The position numbers and the translations under genes are program-made. The notes under the pieces are model-generated. The model was not told where the DNA came from, made no database searches, and saw nothing but the letters and a program-made list of their open reading frames with translations. A stretch of DNA of 64,000 nucleotides from Anthoceros angustus (taxonomy: Eukaryota > Plantae > Anthocerotophyta): assembly GCA_010909165.1 (NCBI GenBank), contig VJWM01000255.1, positions 131,465-195,464 of the forward strand, written 5' to 3'. This document shows positions 60,840-64,000 of this stretch, one piece after another; the stretch's first letter is position 1, and each line of letters opens with the position of its first letter.

Positions 60840-63338
60840 TGAGGCGCAACTTTCGCTGATGGCGGCGCGCACAATCCCGTGTCGTTGTAGTAAGGGGTCC
60901 GCTCCTAAGAGAATGATAGGCTCCGTTTGCCACGTTTCAATCGTTTATCTCCTCACTTAGTAACCATTCAGTCTCAACACACACATTCCTCGCTTTATGC
61001 CTAACTATCCGCAACATTCACCAAACAGGCCCGGTGTGGCCAAACGTTTAAGGACCCGTTCGCGTCCGTGTCGTTCAAGTTCGTCACTCGTCCCTCTAGC
61101 CCGTTCCTCTCACCAATCTCACTACACTCATCGTCCTTGGGGAAAAAACGCGGGTGACTGCCGGTCCCGGGACCCTCCGCTCGCTCTGCCGGGCCTCCGT
61201 CCGGGCTGCATGCCCTCAGGGTTCCTCCGGCTCCTGCGTTCCGGTCCGTCAGCAGGCGCCGCTGCACAGGCGAGCAAGGGTCCTAGTCGCTATCCTGCAC
61301 ACACCACCACACGTTAGGTCGTCAGGGACCTTGATGATCTCGGGGCTGTCGGCTGCTTTCAATGACTCGGGGCTCGCGTTAACAAGAGCACAGGACACCT
61401 GCAAGCGGCATCAACACCAAGAAAGATACTTTACTAGAGCTGGGCCTCTTCATACTTCCAAGGTCGGCGTCTTTATTGCACTCCTATTCGGTGGTGGCGA
61501 CATGGTATACCTAATCGGCGCCTACCATCTTATTCCTTCCTCCTATCTCGTCGTCGGTGGGCTGAGGAATGCCCTTGGTCCCGTCTTGGCGGCCCCTGAC
61601 CTAACTTCGCGGTGCCAGGCGCGCCAATCGGATTATTCGCGGCGGACCCTCCCTTCCGGGAATCACCATCAGTTGGGCTATCACCGGCGGTGCGATGACC
61701 GCGGTCACCACAACGTCTTCCTCCTCCCCCAGCTGCTGGGTCCCTCTCCCGTGGGGCCGATTGCTCCCCTGCGTGAGCCAAGAGGGCTCCTCCCTCGCCT
61801 CCCGAGTCAGGACCTGGGATCGTCTCGACTCCAGCCAACACTAGGTCCGGTCTTCTTCTGAGTCCGGACCTCGTGGTCCCGGACTTGCCTGGGGTCCGAT
61901 CTTCTAGACCTCCCTCTTCGCGCCCGGACCTAAGGGTCCGTCCACATGGAAATGCGGACCTCGAGTCCGGACTTTCTTCAGTCGGACCTCAGTCCTGTTC
62001 TTTAGGAGTCCAGGACAAAGTCCTGACCAGCTGCGGGTTTCCCCTCTCTGGACTTCTCAAGGGTTCGCCCAGGCCCCGCTCTTCCAGTTGCAGGTCGCCT
62101 CTTCCTCGGCTCCTCAGGGGCCTCCTTCCTCTCCCGGTGAGGTGCGGAGGCTTACCTCAGGCAGCTGAGCCTTGCCCCAGTTCTTCCAGTTGCTCCACCT
62201 CATGGCTGCTGCCGTCGTCGTCAAGCGGGCTCCTAGAGTCCCCGGTGGTTGTCTTGTCACAGGGCCTTCCTCCCTCGCTCCTCCTTGACTCTTGGAAGAG
62301 CCCCCCCTGAGGGTGGCTCAAGACCTCTAGAGCCTTGAAGCTTTATGTAGTAGGCAAAGTCGGAATCGACTTGTTGAATTGCCTCTCCACATGGGCCGGG
62401 CACACGGTACTCCCTTCTCTGGAGGTGCTCGGCGGCGAGCGTGTTGTCCGGCCCTGTTGGCCGTCTCCACCGCTTGCCAGTGTGGCAGCGGCCTCCTTGA
62501 TGCCGCCAAGGCGGCCTCGACACCTCCCTGCGGCCGCTCTTTGCTGCCGGCCCGTTCTCCTCCTCGGGGTTAAATCGTTCTGGCTCCATGATTTCTTGGC
62601 CATGGTGAAGCTCCCCTCCTTCCCGCAACCGGCGCGATGTGCCCTGTTGAGTGTATGTTTCAGCATGCGATATGTTGGCGGGAACTAGTTTGCCCACACT
62701 TTCTTCATTCATCGATTTGCGATCGTAGACCGTGAACCATGTGATTATATTTGCGGGCACAATTGAGGGTGTGACCACCCACCCACCCCACATCCAAAGT
62801 CTTTTTGTACACATCCCGCTATGGGCTTGCTACTCTCGCCTTTCGTAGGCATCATCGCAATGCCGGAAAGGCGCCACCGGCCGCGCCAAATGTAGCGACT
62901 TTTGCGAGCCGGTAAAGGCGCGCTACAATCCGTGTCGTTGTAGGAAGAGTTCGTTCCCAAAGGGAATGACTCCGTTTGCGGCGTTTAGCGATTCTCGTCT
63001 TACTTTGCGTCTCGGTCCAACGCACACACTCCTTAGTTCACGTCTAACTACTCGCGACAAACCGCCAGGCCGGTATGGCCAAGCGTTTAAGGACCCGTTC
63101 GCGTCCGTTCACGTTAATCTCTCACACCTCTTCCGTTCCTCTCTCCCTCTACACTTATCGGTCTTAAGGAAGGCGCGTTACGAGGACCTCCTCGTCGTTC
63201 TGGGCCTCTCGTCCGGGCTCTGCCGCCCTCCGGTCCCCTCCGGCTCACACGTTCGGTCCGTTCAGTGGGAGGCCCTTGGGAGTGCCCGGGTTTTCCCAAA
63301 CCACACTCGCACCAAGACCTTGCCAGATCGCCATCACA
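60840..63338 (-). mobile_element. Decayed Ty3/Gypsy (Tat-like) LTR retroelement: two diverged LTR-like repeats (60840-61324, 62891-63338), PBS at 62874-62888, no pol
   Basis: Both repeats are TG..CA-bounded and share blocks such as ACAATCC(C)GTGTCGTTGTAG and CGTTTAAGGACCCGTTCGCGTCCG. On the minus strand the right LTR ends ..CTACA followed by TT-TGGCGCGGCCGGTGG (tRNA-Arg-like PBS). The interior is GC-rich and full of stops. Confidence 0.65.
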
Positions 63339-63494
63339 ATGTCGTGAGGCGTGTCACTCCATTCATCTCCACCTCCTGCATCCATCCTTGTCTCACACCT
63401 TCCACCTCCGCATCCATCCCACACCGCAATTGCTACAACCTACAACGGAATACGGATGATGTCGAACCTCCGATAGCTACCCACTCACCACGGT

Positions 63495-63870
63495 GATATA
63501 GAGCTCTAGGCCTTGAAAAGCTAGCTCGAGGCGTAAGCTCAAGGGAAGAAGCAAGAGTCCGATGATTATTTTGGTGTGTGGGATCGCATATATAGCCTTT
63601 ACAAATTTGGGCTTGCGATTCTCGGTGTTCTTCAACTCACCTCCAAACTACACAGGATATAGAGCTCTAGGCCTTGCAAAGCTAGCTCAAGGGACGCAAG
63701 TGAGTCGATAATAATTTTGGTGTGTGGATCGCACATATAGCCTTTAAAATTTGGTCTTGGTAGATTCTGTTCTTCAACTCACCTCCAAACTACCACATGA
63801 TATAGAGCTAAGACATGCAAAGCTAGTTCGAGGGAGAAGCTTAAGGGAAGAAGAAGCAAGTGAGTCTAGA
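63495..63870. repeat. ~150-bp tandem repeat, ~2.5 diverged copies
   Basis: GATATAGAGCT(CTAGGCCTTG)..GCTAG and TTCTTCAACTCACCTCCAAACTAC recur, with units starting at ~63495, ~63656 and ~63799. Confidence 0.8.
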
Positions 63871-64000
63871 TTCTCGTAAGATTCTAGTGGACACCAGATT
63901 TCCAATAGCATGTTGCGGCCGGAACCTACATACATATGTATATATGCGATTTTGGCATCTTCTACGTTGGATATGAGTGCAAAGTGCACATGGGAAAGGC

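Overview
Gene-dense eukaryotic nuclear DNA from a non-flowering land plant. A hornwort such as Anthoceros is my best inference, based on an ACR3 arsenite antiporter (absent from angiosperms), mostly ~80-110 nt introns, PLS-class PPR relics and a WOX13-clade homeobox. About 15 protein-coding genes can be supported, in order: U11/U12 snRNP 25K (-), ACR3 (+), KEG-like kinase/SH3-repeat protein (-), divergent WOX13-like homeobox (-), FANCF-like (+), mitochondrial carrier (-), stromal processing peptidase SPP (+), trihelix factor (+), homocysteine S-methyltransferase (+), CCR4/Angel-like EEP nuclease (-), eEF1B-gamma (+), CHFR-like E3 ligase (-), KAS III/FabH (-), RINT1/MAG2L (+) and a SOUL heme-binding protein (-). 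Interspersed are a Mutator-like element with both TIRs and a 9-bp TSD, a Harbinger transposase relic, PPR and receptor-kinase pseudogene fragments, a 5'-truncated CRE-like non-LTR retroelement with a 10-bp TSD, a Tat-like LTR relic and several mini/microsatellites. I found no multi-gene novel pathway or cluster. The best leads are (1) a WOX13-like protein whose DNA-recognition residues have been replaced, (2) an ACR3 with a Cys-rich N-terminal extension encoded on two upstream exons, and (3) a possibly site-specific CRE-like retroelement next to a near-copy of its own empty target site. All family assignments come from motif recognition by eye, not database searches. Exon models are manual.
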